From: a virus
Lineage: Duplodnaviria > Caudoviricetes
DNA: 64,000 bases
Direction: 5' to 3' (one strand)
IMG/VR virus record: IMGVR_UViG_2932454522_000001
Span: 3,061 to 67,060 of that record
Shown here: in pieces, positions 63,098-64,000 of the stretch
Layout of the letters: the number at the start of each line of letters is the position of its first letter
Numbering within the stretch: the first letter of the stretch is position 1
Made by a program: the position numbers and the translations under genes
Notes under the pieces: generated by a model
The model's input: only the letters and a program-made list of their open reading frames with translations
Databases searched by the model: none
Told to the model about the DNA's origin: nothing

Positions 63098-64000
63098 TCA
63101 GTCGGCGGAGTCGCCCTGGATTTCGTTCTGTCGGCGCTCCAGCAGCATCCGCAGGACTTCGCCCACGTCCATCCCCAACTCCCTGATCAGGTCGAGGATG
63201 TAGACGTCGCGGCTACTGGCGTTCTCCGGTGGCTTGTCGTCGGTGTCGCTGTGGAGGTTGTTGAGGATGTTGCGATGGTTGCGGCGGTCGGCCAGCGCGT
63301 AGATGGCCGTGGTCTCGGGTGACTCGTGCCGGGCGAAATGCTGCGTGGCGACGAGATCGCGGGTCTTTTGGTAGTAGGCGGTGATGGCGGTGTGCCGGAA
63401 CTGGTGGAAGCCCAGTCGGATGCCGATCTGAGCGGCGTAGATGGCCGCGTCCTGCGACACCTTCTTGTTGTGCGCCTTGGGCCACAGGCGTCCGGGACAG
63501 TCCCGGGCCAGCTCCCACAGGACGTTGAACAGGTCGTCGGGCACATCGATGGTCGTGTCGAGACGGGCCTTGCCGACGACATGCAGAGTGCGCGAGGCCT
63601 CGTCGAGGTCATTGCCGCACATCTTGGCGACCTCGAAGGACCGCAGCCCCAGTTCGCCGCCGAGCCGGGCCCACAGGTGCACGGTGGGTTCACGCTCGGC
63701 GTAGTGAGCCATGACGCGCTGGTACACGTCCGGCAGGAGCGGGCGCGGGCGGTAACGCGGCCGGCGAGGTCGCTTGATGCCCTCGGTCGGGTCGGGGACG
63801 CCTTCGAAGCGCGCCCAAAGGCGAAGATGCTCCAGGTACTTCAGGGTTGATGCGGGCTTGAGTTGGCGGTCGGTGATGAAGCCCCTGATGTGCAGTCGGG
63901 TCAGGTCACGCGGGTCGGTGACGCCACTGGCGCGGCACACCACGTCGACCATGTTGATGCGACTGCGGATAGTGAGGTTGGAGAGTTCGGCGTCCACCAT
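63098..64000 (-). CDS. Tyrosine recombinase (XerC/D-like integrase or resolvase)
   Basis: Full catalytic set: GLRSFE, GK, HQFRH, RHES and TAIY; the ATG is at the window edge. Confidence 0.9.
   Translation of the reverse strand: MVDAELSNLTIRSRINMVDVVCRASGVTDPRDLTRLHIRGFITDRQLKPASTLKYLEHLRLWARFEGVPDPTEGIKRPRRPRYRPRPLLPDVYQRVMAHYAEREPTVHLWARLGGELGLRSFEVAKMCGNDLDEASRTLHVVGKARLDTTIDVPDDLFNVLWELARDCPGRLWPKAHNKKVSQDAAIYAAQIGIRLGFHQFRHTAITAYYQKTRDLVATQHFARHESPETTAIYALADRRNHRNILNNLHSDTDDKPPENASSRDVYILDLIRELGMDVGEVLRMLLERRQNEIQGDSAD

Larger units (their letters stand above)
1..64000. mobile_element. Temperate phage / phage-plasmid of an actinomycete (element extends beyond the window)
   Basis: Terminase, portal, capsid, tail and tape-measure genes occur together with ParA/ParB-like genes, an iteron-bearing rep-like gene and a tyrosine recombinase. 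No host housekeeping genes seen. Confidence 0.85.

Noticed and set aside
1-64000. tRNA/rRNA genes, IS elements and att sites
   Set aside because: None were recognised by eye; tRNAscan-SE and the flanking sequence would be needed to exclude them.

Overview
A high-GC, actinomycete-type (probably Streptomyces) temperate phage or phage-plasmid. From left to right: a replication-initiator-like gene with internal palindromic iterons; small early and accessory genes, including an Arr-like ADP-ribosyltransferase, an Acb2/Tad1-like sponge, a ParB-N plus ABC-ATPase/GNAT module and an ASCH protein; terminase; a moron island (pentapeptide-repeat protein, RelE/HigB-type toxin-antitoxin pair); and a complete siphovirus-type head and tail operon (14.2-41.9 kb). 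After these come an ATP-grasp (graspetide) RiPP cluster with a PIMT-type methyltransferase, a ParA/ParB-like partition pair, Rad52-like and DUF932 genes driven by seven copies of a conserved CCCGACA-N15-TGTATCG promoter-like motif, and a leftward operon headed by a tyrosine recombinase. The most striking observation is an apparent natural split-FN3 system. The N-terminal half of an FN3 domain occurs twice: at the C-terminus of the second capsid protein, and in a cryptic -1 frameshift extension of the major tail protein. The missing C-terminal half begins a separate FN3-repeat protein. All family assignments come from motifs recognised by eye; no database searches were run.
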